A stretch of 64,000 nt of DNA from an uncultured Candidatus Saccharibacteria bacterium (GCA_963520855.1 CAUQSI010000001.1:184905-248904); one strand, 5' to 3'; shown: positions 48,474-60,477, numbered from the stretch's first letter. The notes: generated from the sequence alone by a model not told the origin. A program made the numbers and translations.

Positions 48474-48886
48474 TATGCGTCCTCCCGCTTGATGAACTTA
48501 CATTTGACTGGTAGTTTGTGGCTCGCTAGGCGCATCGCCTCACGAGCGACTTCCTCTGAAACGCCCTGCATTTCAAACATCACCGTGCCGGCCTTCACCT
48601 TGGCAACAAAGAACTCTGGATTACCTTTACCACCACCCATCTTCAAACCAAGTGGCTTGCGAGTAACTGGGGTGTGTGGGAAAATCCGGATCCAAATCTT
48701 ACCACCACGCTTGATGTAGCGGGTCATTGCCTGACGGGCAGACTCGATTTGGCGGGAGTTGATGCGCTCGTTTGATTGTGATTGCAGTGCAAAGTCGCCG
48801 AACGCGATGTAATTACCACGGGTTGCTTGACCACGGTTTTTACCGATGCGCACTTTGCGGTGCTTGGTTTTCTTTGGTAACAGCAT
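48473..48886 (-). CDS. rplP: 50S ribosomal protein uL16
   Basis: RQIESAR, GK.WIRIFP, MGGGKG, HKLP. Confidence 0.98.
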   Translation of the reverse strand: MLLPKKTKHRKVRIGKNRGQATRGNYIAFGDFALQSQSNERINSRQIESARQAMTRYIKRGGKIWIRIFPHTPVTRKPLGLKMGGGKGNPEFFVAKVKAGTVMFEMQGVSEEVAREAMRLASHKLPVKCKFIKREDA

Positions 48887-49522
48887 TTAGCGACTCCTTT
48901 CTCCCTTATAAATCCACACTTTCACGCCGATGATACCAGCTGGTGTCTGGGCGCGAGCACAGTGGAAGTCAATATCAGCGCGAAGGGTGTGCAGTGGCAC
49001 AGAGCCTTCAATCACCTTTTCGCGGCGTGCCATTTCAGCACCGTTCAAACGACCAGCCACCTCGATGCGGATACCTTTGGCGCCAGCACTCATGGTGTTT
49101 TGTGCGGTCATTTTGGTTGCGCGGCGGAAGTTTATGCGGCGCTCCAACTGGCGGGCGATATTCTCAGCCACCAATTTAGCTGCTAGTTCCGGTCGGCGTA
49201 CTTCTTCGATGTTGATGCGAACCGCCTGACCGACGATCTTCTCAACTTGTTTTTTCAATTCATTCACGCCAGCACCACCACGGCCGATCACCACACCAGC
49301 TTTCGCTGTGTGAATAGTTACCGTGATCAAGTTGGCACTCCGCTCAATCTCAATGCGATTGATGGTTGGGCGTGAGGCAAATTTCTTCTCAATCAATTCG
49401 CGGATTTCGTGATCCTGGCGAATTGCCTCCGCAAACTCTTTCTTATTGGCCGTAAACCAACGAGAGCTCCAGTTCTTGTGAACTTGTAGGCGGAAGTTGA
49501 TTGGATTCACTTTTTGACCCAT
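48887..49522 (-). CDS. rpsC: 30S ribosomal protein uS3
   Basis: MGQKVNP, GRL.GAEMAR, VPLHTLRADID. Confidence 0.98.
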   Translation of the reverse strand: MGQKVNPINFRLQVHKNWSSRWFTANKKEFAEAIRQDHEIRELIEKKFASRPTINRIEIERSANLITVTIHTAKAGVVIGRGGAGVNELKKQVEKIVGQAVRINIEEVRRPELAAKLVAENIARQLERRINFRRATKMTAQNTMSAGAKGIRIEVAGRLNGAEMARREKVIEGSVPLHTLRADIDFHCARAQTPAGIIGVKVWIYKGERSR

Positions 49523-49987
49523 TTACTTCTCCTCCTTTTTTGCCGTGGTTTCGGCGGCTTTTTTCGCTGCAGGCTTGGCAGGTTTGGTCTCTGCCTTTGC
49601 CTTGGTCTCTGGTTTTTTCGCAGGCGCTTTCTTTGGCTTCTCCACGCCAGTTACTTCAACCAAGATGTTTGACGTCTTTTTCTGGAATGGCAAGGCACGA
49701 CCGCGTGACGCTGGCTTAAAGCGGCGCAGACGCGTACCAGTGGTAACGCTCAACGTGGTAATCACCAAGCTTTTAGCGTCTAGACCGTGGTTATTGATAG
49801 CGTTTGCCTTGGCGCTGTCGATTGCCTTCTTGACCGGCAAAGCAGCGCGTTTTGGCACGTGTTCCAAGATAACCAATGCGTCAGCAACGGTGCGGCCGCG
49901 TACTAGTGCAGCCACCAAGCTAACCTTGCGTGGTGTTTGGTCAACGCCTTTGGCATAAGCGCGAACAGTATAAGTTGTATCAGCCAT
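49523..49987 (-). CDS. rplV: 50S ribosomal protein uL22 with K/A/P-rich tail
   Basis: PRK...VA..VRG, SAKANA, RGRA. Confidence 0.96.
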   Translation of the reverse strand: MADTTYTVRAYAKGVDQTPRKVSLVAALVRGRTVADALVILEHVPKRAALPVKKAIDSAKANAINNHGLDAKSLVITTLSVTTGTRLRRFKPASRGRALPFQKKTSNILVEVTGVEKPKKAPAKKPETKAKAETKPAKPAAKKAAETTAKKEEK

Positions 49988-49989
49988 GA

Positions 49990-50256
49990 TTACTTCTTAT
50001 CCTTTCCGCCGTGCTTACGGAACTTACGAGTTGGACTAAACTCACCGAGTTTGTGGCCAACCATGTTTTCGGTAATCAGCACAGGCACGTGCATCTTACC
50101 GTTGTAGACAGCAATCGTTCGACCGACCATTTCTGGGGTGATAGTCGAAGCGCGCGCCCACGTTTTGATAACGGTTCGATCGTCAAGGCTGAGAGCAGCG
50201 ACTTTTTTCGCAAGCTTCACATCGACGAATGGACCTTTCTTTAATGAACGACTCAT
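49990..50256 (-). CDS. rpsS: 30S ribosomal protein uS19
   Basis: [19 protein letters not shown]. Confidence 0.98.
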   Translation of the reverse strand: MSRSLKKGPFVDVKLAKKVAALSLDDRTVIKTWARASTITPEMVGRTIAVYNGKMHVPVLITENMVGHKLGEFSPTRKFRKHGGKDKK

Positions 50257-50262
50257 CGTGAT

Positions 50263-51102
50263 TTACCTCTTCCTCTTCGCGTCGTGACGCGTGCGTACGA
50301 TTAATTTATTTGAGCCTTTGCGGCGGCGAGTTCGATAACCCAGCGTCAATTGACCCCATGGCGTACGTGGTGCTTTACCAGTACCGTGGCGACCACCGTC
50401 ACCACCACCATGCGGGTGATCGGCGGCGTTCATGACGACACCGCGCACGGTTGGGCGAATACCCTTGCGGCGGCGTCGACCAGCTGAACCGATCTTCACG
50501 TTCTGGTGCTGGACGTTACCAACTGTACCGATGGCAGCGGTTGCTTCCAGGCGAACTTTGCGAACTTCACCAGATGGCAATTTGATGGTTGCGTAATTGC
50601 CTTCTTTGGCCATCAACTGAGCCTTGGCACCAGCGGCGCGAACCATTTGCGCACCTTTGCCAGCAGTCAGTTCAATAGCATAAATCATCGTACCAACAGG
50701 GATAGCAGACAATGGCAGGCGGTTTGAAGCCTCGATTGGTGCTCCCTCACCAGTCTGAATCGTCTTGCCCTTGACCATTGAGGTGTCGGCCAACACGTAG
50801 TGGTACAAATTGTACTGATCTTTCACTCGAGCGATGCGTGCTGAGCGGTTTGGATCGTACTCAATTTCTTCAACCGTCAGAGTCAAGCCGCTCGGCAAAT
50901 TGTGGTTCACCAAACGGTAGTGACGGCGAACGCCACCGCCGCGATGACGCACGGTGATGCGGCCTTGGTTGTTGCGGCCGGCATTTTGCTTTTTGGCTTT
51001 GATCAGACTTTTGAGCGGTTTTCTTGTCGTGATATCCGACAAGTCCTGGCTCGTCATGCCGCGACGAGCAGGAGTGGTTGGATTGTAAGCTTTCACTGGC
51101 AT
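50263..51102 (-). CDS. rplB: 50S ribosomal protein uL2
   Basis: GRNNQGRIT, EYDPNRSA, DHPHGGG, TPWG. Confidence 0.98.
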   Translation of the reverse strand: MPVKAYNPTTPARRGMTSQDLSDITTRKPLKSLIKAKKQNAGRNNQGRITVRHRGGGVRRHYRLVNHNLPSGLTLTVEEIEYDPNRSARIARVKDQYNLYHYVLADTSMVKGKTIQTGEGAPIEASNRLPLSAIPVGTMIYAIELTAGKGAQMVRAAGAKAQLMAKEGNYATIKLPSGEVRKVRLEATAAIGTVGNVQHQNVKIGSAGRRRRKGIRPTVRGVVMNAADHPHGGGDGGRHGTGKAPRTPWGQLTLGYRTRRRKGSNKLIVRTRHDAKRKR

Positions 51103-51422
51103 TACTTGGTCTCCTCCATCTGCTGCTCTACTGCGTCAAACACATCGAGCTTATCGCCATCTTTCAGCGTCACGTAAGCTTTCTTCCAGTCCTTGCGCGT
51201 GGTCGTGCCAGGATAGCGGTTCTTGCCTCGTGAGAAACGCACAGCTTTGCCGTCTTGCACCAAGGTTTTTACCTTTAGGACAGTAACGTCAAATTGCGCT
51301 TCAACTGCTGCTTTGATCTCGTTTTTATTCAGGTTGAGCGGAACGCGGAACACGTACACGCCGTTGGCGCTCTGTGCGTAGGCTTTCTCGCTAATGCGTG
51401 GGATAATTGTCATCTGTTTCAT
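51102..51422 (-). CDS. rplW: 50S ribosomal protein uL23
   Basis: P..SEK, NK.EIK.AVE..F, WKKAYVTL. Confidence 0.97.
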   Translation of the reverse strand: MKQMTIIPRISEKAYAQSANGVYVFRVPLNLNKNEIKAAVEAQFDVTVLKVKTLVQDGKAVRFSRGKNRYPGTTTRKDWKKAYVTLKDGDKLDVFDAVEQQMEETK

Positions 51423-51423
51423 A

Positions 51424-52023
51424 TTACGCTTCCTCCTTACCCAGCCACTCAGTGATTACTGGCAGAGCTTTCGGGGTTATGACAATAGTGTCCGCATTCA
51501 GGATATGGTAGACGCTGAGGTAGCTCGCACGAATTACCAATACGTTCTGGATGTTGTTTGTCGCGCGCATCAATTCTGGTGTCTTTTCGTCCACGACGAT
51601 CAGCACGCGGCGCTCAAACTTGTTATCAGCCAAGAAGGTTGCGGCCTCTTTGGTCTTGCCAGTCGTCTTGATGTCTTTAACGACGATCTTCTTTGCTTCA
51701 TTGGCTACCGTTAAGGCTTGGCGAATTGCTACTTTCTTGGCGGTTTTAGACAATTTTTTGGTGTAGTTTTCGTTGCCGCGTGGGCCAAAGACCACACCAC
51801 CACCGCGCCAGATTGGGTTACGGGTTGAACCGAAACGTGCTCGACCAGTTCCCTTTTGCTTCCATGGTTTTTTACCACCACCGGAAACTTCACCGCGCTG
51901 CTTGGTGGTTGCGCTTGCTAGGCGGGCGTTTGCTAGGTAGCTATCGTATGCCAATTTCAACAATTCGTGGTTTGGCACTTCAACAGCAAAAATGTCTTTA
52001 GGAAGTTTGGTTGATTCAGCCAT
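51424..52023 (-). CDS. rplD: 50S ribosomal protein uL4
   Basis: GGGKKPWKQKGTGRAR, WRGGGVVFGP. Confidence 0.98.
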   Translation of the reverse strand: MAESTKLPKDIFAVEVPNHELLKLAYDSYLANARLASATTKQRGEVSGGGKKPWKQKGTGRARFGSTRNPIWRGGGVVFGPRGNENYTKKLSKTAKKVAIRQALTVANEAKKIVVKDIKTTGKTKEAATFLADNKFERRVLIVVDEKTPELMRATNNIQNVLVIRASYLSVYHILNADTIVITPKALPVITEWLGKEEA

Positions 52024-52637
52024 TACTTGTTACCTCCTAAAATAATCAGCCCTTTTCGTGGCCCAGGCACAGCGCCCTTCACCCCGATCAGATTGGTCTC
52101 TGGATCAACATATGCCACTTCCAGGTTCTTGACGGTAACACGCTCGTGACCCATATGGCCAGCCATCGTCTTACCCTTGAACACTTTTTGTGGATACATC
52201 GAGCCAATTGAACCTGGCTTACGAGTATTACCTTTACCACCGTGCGTCTTGCGGTGACGCTTAAAGTTGTGGCGTTTAATGGTTCCAGCGAAACCTTTAC
52301 CTTTGCTGGTTCCGGTCGCATCGACAGAATCGCCGACTTCGAACGCGGAAACGTTGATTTCATCGCCAACTTTGAGTCCCTCAGGGATCTCGTCGACGCG
52401 GAATTCCCGAATGTGCTTCGGGGTCACTTGGGCTGGCTTTACGTGTCCAGCCACGGCCTTGCTCAGGTTCTTACCCTCTCCATAAGCGACCTGTACCGCA
52501 TTGTAACCGTCGGTTTCGACAGTCTTCACCTGAGTCACGGTGACAGGGCCGGCTTGGATCAGCGTCACCGGAATGGCTTTGCCGTCTTCAGCCAAGAGCT
52601 GGGTCATACCAAGTTTGGTACCGAGAAGTGTTTTCAC
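52023..52637 (-). CDS. rplC: 50S ribosomal protein uL3
   Basis: KLGMTQ, DGYNAVQ, SKGKGF.G, KGAVPG; GTG start. Confidence 0.98.
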   Translation of the reverse strand: MKTLLGTKLGMTQLLAEDGKAIPVTLIQAGPVTVTQVKTVETDGYNAVQVAYGEGKNLSKAVAGHVKPAQVTPKHIREFRVDEIPEGLKVGDEINVSAFEVGDSVDATGTSKGKGFAGTIKRHNFKRHRKTHGGKGNTRKPGSIGSMYPQKVFKGKTMAGHMGHERVTVKNLEVAYVDPETNLIGVKGAVPGPRKGLIILGGNK

Positions 52638-52639
52638 TT

Positions 52640-52780
52640 TTCCTCACTCCCACTTAAATACTCCTGATGACGTGCGGTTTCTGGGTTCTGAGTGAGGCGT
52701 TCATGACAAGCGCTTCAATAATAGCCAGACCTGCTCATTCATCAAGGAGAACAGTTGATATTACGCGTAATAGAAATTAC
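52640..52780 (-). promoter_or_regulatory. Structured 5' leader of rplC
   Basis: Promoter TTGACT-18-TAGAAT (52816-52787); closing stem CTCCTTGATGA/TCATCAGGAG around internal helices. Confidence 0.5.
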
Positions 52781-52821
52781 CTTGTAATTCTAGCACAAAA
52801 CATTGGTTAAAGTCAAGTAAA

Positions 52822-53154
52822 TCAGATCATCACGCCGACTGGCGTAAATGAGGTCAAAATTGCCATTAAAATGAGGGTGACATACCAAATTTTGCGATTA
52901 AATTGATACTGTTCAATCTTCAGAACCAGTAACAGTGCCACGAACAAGCCAACTGGCACTGCCTGCACAGTGAAAGCGCCCAGTTCAAAGGGGCTTTTGA
53001 GGCGCAACCACAGCGCACTGAGGATGACAAATATCACCAATTTCAAAAAGAATGTGCTGTCATTTTCATAGATTCGCTCACGTCCCTTGCGGCTGAACAA
53101 GGCGCTGGACTTTGAGCGGTTGCGAGCGTAGGTGCGAGATTTTTGTTTTGTCAT
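52822..53154 (-). CDS. Small membrane protein between rpsJ and rplC
   Basis: Basic N-terminus and three hydrophobic segments. Confidence 0.7.
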   Translation of the reverse strand: MTKQKSRTYARNRSKSSALFSRKGRERIYENDSTFFLKLVIFVILSALWLRLKSPFELGAFTVQAVPVGLFVALLLVLKIEQYQFNRKIWYVTLILMAILTSFTPVGVMI

Positions 53155-53271
53155 AATAATTATATTTATTATATCAATCAAAACTACCTTTGACAAATGA
53201 AAATGACCCCCGAAGAGGCCATTTTCTTACATTAGGATTTATGACATAGCATACCTCCTGATGATAGTGTA

Positions 53272-53589
53272 TTACATACGAATTTCAGCGTCAACGCCAG
53301 CTGGCAAGTTCAAGTTCTGCAAGCTATCGATGGTCTTTGGTGTGGCGTTAGTAATGTCAATCAGACGCTTGTGAACGCGGCGCTCGTAGGTCTCACCACC
53401 CATTTTGTATACGTGTGGGCTTTTTACCACTGTGTAGGTGCTGCGACGAGTTGGTAGTGGCACTGGGCCAGCAACGTTCGCGCCGGTGCGAATTGCAGTG
53501 TCGATGATTTGTTTTGCTGATTGGTCGATGACCTTGTGGTCATACGCCTTCAGACGGATGCGGATTTTAATCCCGGTATCTTGAGCCAT
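53272..53589 (-). CDS. rpsJ: 30S ribosomal protein uS10
   Basis: [34 protein letters not shown] before ATG 53589. Confidence 0.98.
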   Translation of the reverse strand: MAQDTGIKIRIRLKAYDHKVIDQSAKQIIDTAIRTGANVAGPVPLPTRRSTYTVVKSPHVYKMGGETYERRVHKRLIDITNATPKTIDSLQNLNLPAGVDAEIRM

Positions 53590-53693
53590 GGCTCCTCCTT
53601 TTGTGCAATCCCGTAACCTCCAATTGCTCCATTTTACGAACAACCGAGTTCTCGAGACAAATTAGTAATAACTAGGTGATTATACCAATTTCC

Positions 53694-54629
53694 CTAGGCT
53701 TTATCAAGGTGGGCAATCATTTCACCGATGATTGCAGCGGAATTATTGAGGGACTCCTTTTCGCGTTCAGTCAGTGGATAGCCCGTCAAAATTTTTACGC
53801 CGTCACAACAAATAATCGACGGTAAGCCCAGTACCACATTGTCCAGTCCATATTCACCCTCAGCCAGTGAACAAACTGGATAGACCGTGCGCGTTGACTG
53901 ACGCAAAGCCGAAACGATTTTAGAGACCACAAAGCCAATGGCAAAATACGTCGACTTCTTTGTCTCAATCACTCGGTAGGCGCGGTCACGGATTTTCTGC
54001 TCAATGCCCTCAACCAATTCCTCGGTGAAGCCTGGATATTCACGAATCGGTACTTCGCCGACCTGCGCCGTCTCAATGGTCGAAAACGAGGAGTCGCCAT
54101 GCTCACCCAAGATGTACGCGTCGACCGCCTTGCTGTCGACATTCAGCGCGTCGGCCAGGTACGACTTCAGCCGCGAGGTGTCCAGTGTCGTACCGGTGCC
54201 AAACACTCGGGTTTTCGGCAGTCCTGATTCCTTCAACGCCACGTAGGTCAAGACGTCGACTGGGTTGCTGACGACCACCAAATACGGCTTGGCGCCACCA
54301 GCCATGATGTTTTTGACGATGTCACGCATGATGTTAGCATTGACACCGACCAACTCCAGTCGCGTCTGACCTGGTAGCTGTGGCGAGCCGGCGGTGATGA
54401 CCACGATATCATCGTCGTTGATATCAGCGTAGTCGCCCGGGCGCACCACCACATTGCGGTCAAGTCCCATAGCGTCGTTGATGTCTGCTGCCTGACCCCA
54501 CGCCAGATCCACATTGCGGTCAATCAATACAATCTCCTCAATCACACTGCGCAGCGCACACGCATACGCCGTCGTCGCGCCAACCATTCCGCCGCCACCG
54601 ATAATCACCAATTTCTGTTTATTCACCAT
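53694..54629 (-). CDS. ldh: L-lactate dehydrogenase
   Basis: GGGMVG, ITAG..Q.PGQTR.EL (Q at the specificity position), NPVD, LDTSR, GEHGDS. Confidence 0.9.
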   Translation of the reverse strand: MVNKQKLVIIGGGGMVGATTAYACALRSVIEEIVLIDRNVDLAWGQAADINDAMGLDRNVVVRPGDYADINDDDIVVITAGSPQLPGQTRLELVGVNANIMRDIVKNIMAGGAKPYLVVVSNPVDVLTYVALKESGLPKTRVFGTGTTLDTSRLKSYLADALNVDSKAVDAYILGEHGDSSFSTIETAQVGEVPIREYPGFTEELVEGIEQKIRDRAYRVIETKKSTYFAIGFVVSKIVSALRQSTRTVYPVCSLAEGEYGLDNVVLGLPSIICCDGVKILTGYPLTEREKESLNNSAAIIGEMIAHLDKA

Positions 54630-54661
54630 ATCTCCTTTTTGTGTTAGATGTATTGTCTATA

Positions 54662-55255
54662 CTATTTTACCATAGGTACTATGTCGTTAGGACCTGGGTT
54701 GAGGTTGCAAGACTCCTCGAGGCCAAAGCCCTCCCTAGCTCGGCCTTGATCCATGGCACGAATATTATACCCACCAGTAGCATTTGGGTCGGCATCAACA
54801 AAGTAGTAATGTGTCTCTCCCTCAGGGAGCTGGCGTGGAATACACATATGAGCGCCACCATTATCCTTTTCTTTCCAGCCATCACGCGGATATCCTTTGC
54901 CCTCACAGCGCGTGGAGTCGACCTCTGTGGCAATTTTATCCCATCCGCTACTAATCAGTGCGTCTCCCCAAGACAATGCATATTCTTTGCCCTGGAAACA
55001 TACTTTCAAGCTCTCATCGTCAGAGAAACCGGCCGTGTTTTCTATGTTTGGATATTTCGACGAAGTCTCAGCATTAAGACCACCGTCAACTGGAGAGGTG
55101 TCTTCCGTACTGACAACTTCTGGCTGCGCAACGTGCTGCTCATCTGCTGGTTTTTCGCAGCCGACTAGACTTAACGACAGTGTACCAGCTGCCGCCACAG
55201 CTGCAGCTCGCCTCCACCAAGAAAAACCGTATTCCAACCCCGCTTCTCTGTTCAT
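54662..55255 (-). CDS. Putative lipoprotein
   Basis: AAGGAG SD, RRAAAVAAAGTLSLSLVGC lipobox; promoter TTGACA-17-TATGGT. Confidence 0.7.
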   Translation of the reverse strand: MNREAGLEYGFSWWRRAAAVAAAGTLSLSLVGCEKPADEQHVAQPEVVSTEDTSPVDGGLNAETSSKYPNIENTAGFSDDESLKVCFQGKEYALSWGDALISSGWDKIATEVDSTRCEGKGYPRDGWKEKDNGGAHMCIPRQLPEGETHYYFVDADPNATGGYNIRAMDQGRAREGFGLEESCNLNPGPNDIVPMVK

Positions 55256-55388
55256 ATGATTACTCCTTATTTGGTTAATGTTACCCTCTCCCGACCCTTT
55301 ACCCATTACCATATCAATGCGGTTTATGATTGTCAATACAAAAATACCCCCGATGATAGAGGGTATTTTTGGTAATCTACTAGAGTGA

Positions 55389-56573
<1,185 letters not shown>

Positions 56574-56749
56574 TTGTAGAAGTTCTCCTTATTTAATTAT
56601 TATTTCACGCGGGTATGACCAATTAAAGGCTCCACGGCGTATGCGCTTAATTATAGCGGGTTTTATAATATTTCGCAAGGAAATCGTCTCTGATTTTACA
56701 AAATGTACCGTTCGGGAGGTTTAGGTGAATAGGATTAGCGTAAATAGCG

Positions 56750-58438
56750 TCACGAAACGTCCTGTTCAGTGCGTCGTGACAAGCCGATGATGTCGCGAGC
56801 GCGCACCAGATAGAACATATCATTTTCACGGTCGCCTATCATCAGCATTGGCTCGCCAAAACTCAGCGGTAAGTCCGTAACTTTTTGGATGTTTCCATCT
56901 AGACTTGGCGGTTCATTTAGTTCTGGGTTCCACACCGTTAGACGATCCGCGCGCACGGTAAACGGCTCAGCGCCCTTATCATCGCCGACTTCTTGCAACG
57001 GAACGTCGCTCCACGAAACAACGTTCAACAAATCACTTGGTAAACAACGATACGCCATGACCGTACATTCGCCCTCAAACTCATGCGGATTGTCGATTAG
57101 CCCCAGTACACTGTGTGCCTCATCGTCATATTGTTTTAGTATCTCAAGCTGCTCTTCTAGAGAAAACTGATAGAATGCCTCCTCAAACACGCCTCCAGCG
57201 TCCTCAGCAATGTTATGCAACTCATCAACGGCAAATTCTAGATCTTCCGCGTCATTATCCAAATTTTCAAACCGCAACAATTTGTCACGACTAGGTATCA
57301 CATAGACGTTCCGCGGTTGGCTACTCAGCTGATCAAACACCGTCGCTTTTACCACCGCGTGAACTGATCCATCGTATTCAACAAAGTTCGTCCCACTGAC
57401 GGACACTCTATCGCTGTCGATAAATTCAGGTTTCAACCTACCATCTACGCTATCTGGCGTCAGCACAAAGCCCGACAAGCTGACGGCATCAAGCTCACCG
57501 ACGTACGGCAACGCATCGTTCAGCGTCTGGATATGTTCACGCAGCGCGTCCGGAAGGTCAGCTTCATCAGTGTGCGAAAGATCAGTTGCCAATTCCCATG
57601 CCAACTGCTGAAACTCTTCAGTAAAAACCGTCTCAAACAAATCCGCGCCGTCCTCAATACCTTCCTCATCAGTTGGCATGATGTCCACCACGTCTTTCAC
57701 GTCAACTCGAAACAGTATTGACTGATCCTCTTTGTCAAACATCTCCAGGACTGGGCGATTGCCGCGCCAAGTAAAGATTGGTAGATCACCAAAGAGGACT
57801 TGCTTATCTGCGTCAACATCAACACCATATTCATTCGCACCAACTCGCCGAATGTACGCTTTACATTCCACCTGCACGCCAGTACCATAAATCATTTCAC
57901 TCAGCATCGTGTTCAAATCACCTATCAACTCCCTTTTGGACACGGCATCTTGAATATCATTGACCTCTACGACTTCTTCAGTCTTATCGACATAATGGCG
58001 CAGTTTGCGGATGTAACGTGGTACACCGCTGATGTCGGGCAAGATCTCTGCTACCGCAATTGCTTGTCGGTCGATTGGGAAATAATAATCCATCGCCGTA
58101 TCATTCTGCACCGTACGCACACATAAAGCTGCCATCTCCTTGGTGTACGTAGCAAACGGCGCCGACTCATCAGGGTCAATCTCTAGTGATGCCACCACGT
58201 CCGCCACGCCCTCAACAGCCTGTAGACCGTGCGAACCGTCTTCAGCTTGGGCATAACCAATAACCCTCACTCGCTCGCCTTCAATTTCGTCCGTGCGCAT
58301 TACTCGCTCAACATTACCCAACGCCTCAGCCTCTTTATCACTGCCAAGCTGCATATTGGCCCTGGCAATTTTCCGCCAATCATCCGTCGACAATCGACCC
58401 AAGAGGTTGACACCGGTCTCTACTTGTGGTGATTTCAT
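56750..58438 (-). CDS. Large acidic hypothetical protein, apparently modular
   Basis: 562 aa, strongly D/E-rich, alternating helical and beta segments. Confidence 0.8.
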   Translation of the reverse strand: MKSPQVETGVNLLGRLSTDDWRKIARANMQLGSDKEAEALGNVERVMRTDEIEGERVRVIGYAQAEDGSHGLQAVEGVADVVASLEIDPDESAPFATYTKEMAALCVRTVQNDTAMDYYFPIDRQAIAVAEILPDISGVPRYIRKLRHYVDKTEEVVEVNDIQDAVSKRELIGDLNTMLSEMIYGTGVQVECKAYIRRVGANEYGVDVDADKQVLFGDLPIFTWRGNRPVLEMFDKEDQSILFRVDVKDVVDIMPTDEEGIEDGADLFETVFTEEFQQLAWELATDLSHTDEADLPDALREHIQTLNDALPYVGELDAVSLSGFVLTPDSVDGRLKPEFIDSDRVSVSGTNFVEYDGSVHAVVKATVFDQLSSQPRNVYVIPSRDKLLRFENLDNDAEDLEFAVDELHNIAEDAGGVFEEAFYQFSLEEQLEILKQYDDEAHSVLGLIDNPHEFEGECTVMAYRCLPSDLLNVVSWSDVPLQEVGDDKGAEPFTVRADRLTVWNPELNEPPSLDGNIQKVTDLPLSFGEPMLMIGDRENDMFYLVRARDIIGLSRRTEQDVS

Positions 58439-58509
58439 ATAGTTGTATCGTATACCTCTCTAGCCTAAACTTCAAGCATAATCATCGCTCCATGCGGTAT
58501 ACTAGAAGC

Positions 58510-60477
58510 ATGAGCAAGAAAACCCTGGTCGAGCTTGATCCGTGGTTGGCGCCGCACGAGGGCGTCATCAATGCCCGTGAGGCGTATGTTTCGTCGACAC
58601 TCGAAAAAGTTTTGGATGGAAAATCGCCGACGGAGTTTGCGTTAGGGTTTCATCATTTTGGCTTGCACCGGACAACGACAGACTGGACGTTTCGCGAATG
58701 GGCGCCAAACGCCACACGCATAGTGATGGTTGGCGATTTTTCTGACTGGCAGGAGCGTGAGGAATTTGCCCTGCAGCCTGGCACGCATGGTGAATGGAGT
58801 GTTGATTTGCCGAAGGATGCGTTACACCACGGCCAGAAATATAAACTACGCGTATATTGGCCGGGCGGAGCTGGTTGGCGCTTGCCATCATACGCCACCT
58901 ACGTCGTCCAAGACAATGATTCGGTGGATTTTTCGGCCGTGGTCTGGCAGCCTGATGAGCCATATCAGTGGCAGCATGACGTTCCACCTGCGCCGCACGT
59001 GCCGTTGATTTACGAAGCGCATATTGGCATGAGCAGCGAAGAGGAAAAAGTCGCCAGTTTCAATGAATTTACCGCGGGCGTCCTACCGCGCATCAAGCGA
59101 GCTGGCTACAACACCATCCAACTGATGGCTATCGCCGAACACCCGTACTATGGTAGTTTCGGCTATCATGTTACTAATTTTTTCGTCGTGTCATCGCGGT
59201 TTGGCACGCCCGATGATTTTAAGCGGTTAGTTGACGCGGCACACGGACTGGGGCTGCGGGTTATCATCGACATCGTCCATGCTCATGCCGCCAAAAACGA
59301 GGTCGAGGGCTTGGGCAATTTCGCGGGTAATCCGACGCAATATTTCAAAGCTCACGACCATCCAGCCTGGGATTCGCGGCTGTTTGATTATGGCAAGCCG
59401 GAAGTGTTGCACTTTTTAGCTAGTAATTGCCGCTGGTGGCTAGATGAATACCACGTTGACGGCTTTCGATTTGACGGTGTAACGAGTATGCTATATCACG
59501 ACCACGGTTTAGGAAAAAGCTTCACCAGTTATGATGATTATTTTGGCGACGATGTTGATAAGGACGCACTAGTCTATCTCAAACTGGCCAATGACGTCAT
59601 TCACGCCGTTCGCCCCGATGCTACGACCATTGCCGAGGAAATGAGTGGGCTACCGGGCTTGGCGGCGCCGACAGAACACGGCGGCCTGGGCTTTGATTAT
59701 CGCTTGGCGATGGGCGCACCTGATCTCTGGATTAAAACGCTGAAGGAAAAGCGCGACGAAGATTGGGACTTGGGCGAGCTGGCACATACGCTAAGTTCGC
59801 ACCGCCCAGAGGAAAAAGTCATCACTTACGCCGAGAGTCATGATCAGGCCTTGGTCGGCGACAAGACGCTGATTTTTCGACTGATTGATAAAGAAATGTA
59901 TTGGCATATGGATAAAGCCGACCCTGACCTGACGGTGGAGCGCGGTGTAGCCCTGCACAAACTTATCCGCCTGCTGACCGCTGGACTGCACGGCGGTGGC
60001 TACCTTAACTTTATGGGTAATGAATTTGGGCATCCCGAGTGGATCGACTTTCCGCGTCAGGGCAATGATTGGTCGTTCAAGCACGCGCGGCGCCAGTGGA
60101 GTTTACGCGACAATGGCTTTCTCAAATACCAATGGCTCGGTGAATTTGACGCGAACCTGATGAAACTCATCAAAACCGTTGACGTCCCCGGCATTCACTA
60201 CCTCACCATTCGCCAAGATGACCACGTAGTTAGTTTTATGCGCGGTGACCTGCTGTTCATCATCAACTTTTCGCCCGACCAGTCGTGGACGGATTATGAC
60301 GTGCCGGCAGCGGCTGGGTCATACCGAGTAGCCCTCAGCAGCGACGACCAGCAGTTTGGCGGTCACGGACGAGTCCAACAAAACCAGCGATATTTCACCA
60401 CACCAGGGGCGCATGGCGACAATGTACGGGTATATCTACCAGTGCGCAGTGGGTTGGTTCTGTGTAGAATTGACTAG
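58510..60477 (+). CDS. glgB: 1,4-alpha-glucan branching enzyme (GH13_8 type)
   Basis: FREWAPNA, IYEAHIG, YGSFGYHV, FRFDGVTSM, AESHDQ, FMGNEFGHPEWIDFPR. Confidence 0.95.
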   Translation: MSKKTLVELDPWLAPHEGVINAREAYVSSTLEKVLDGKSPTEFALGFHHFGLHRTTTDWTFREWAPNATRIVMVGDFSDWQEREEFALQPGTHGEWSVDLPKDALHHGQKYKLRVYWPGGAGWRLPSYATYVVQDNDSVDFSAVVWQPDEPYQWQHDVPPAPHVPLIYEAHIGMSSEEEKVASFNEFTAGVLPRIKRAGYNTIQLMAIAEHPYYGSFGYHVTNFFVVSSRFGTPDDFKRLVDAAHGLGLRVIIDIVHAHAAKNEVEGLGNFAGNPTQYFKAHDHPAWDSRLFDYGKPEVLHFLASNCRWWLDEYHVDGFRFDGVTSMLYHDHGLGKSFTSYDDYFGDDVDKDALVYLKLANDVIHAVRPDATTIAEEMSGLPGLAAPTEHGGLGFDYRLAMGAPDLWIKTLKEKRDEDWDLGELAHTLSSHRPEEKVITYAESHDQALVGDKTLIFRLIDKEMYWHMDKADPDLTVERGVALHKLIRLLTAGLHGGGYLNFMGNEFGHPEWIDFPRQGNDWSFKHARRQWSLRDNGFLKYQWLGEFDANLMKLIKTVDVPGIHYLTIRQDDHVVSFMRGDLLFIINFSPDQSWTDYDVPAAAGSYRVALSSDDQQFGGHGRVQQNQRYFTTPGAHGDNVRVYLPVRSGLVLCRID

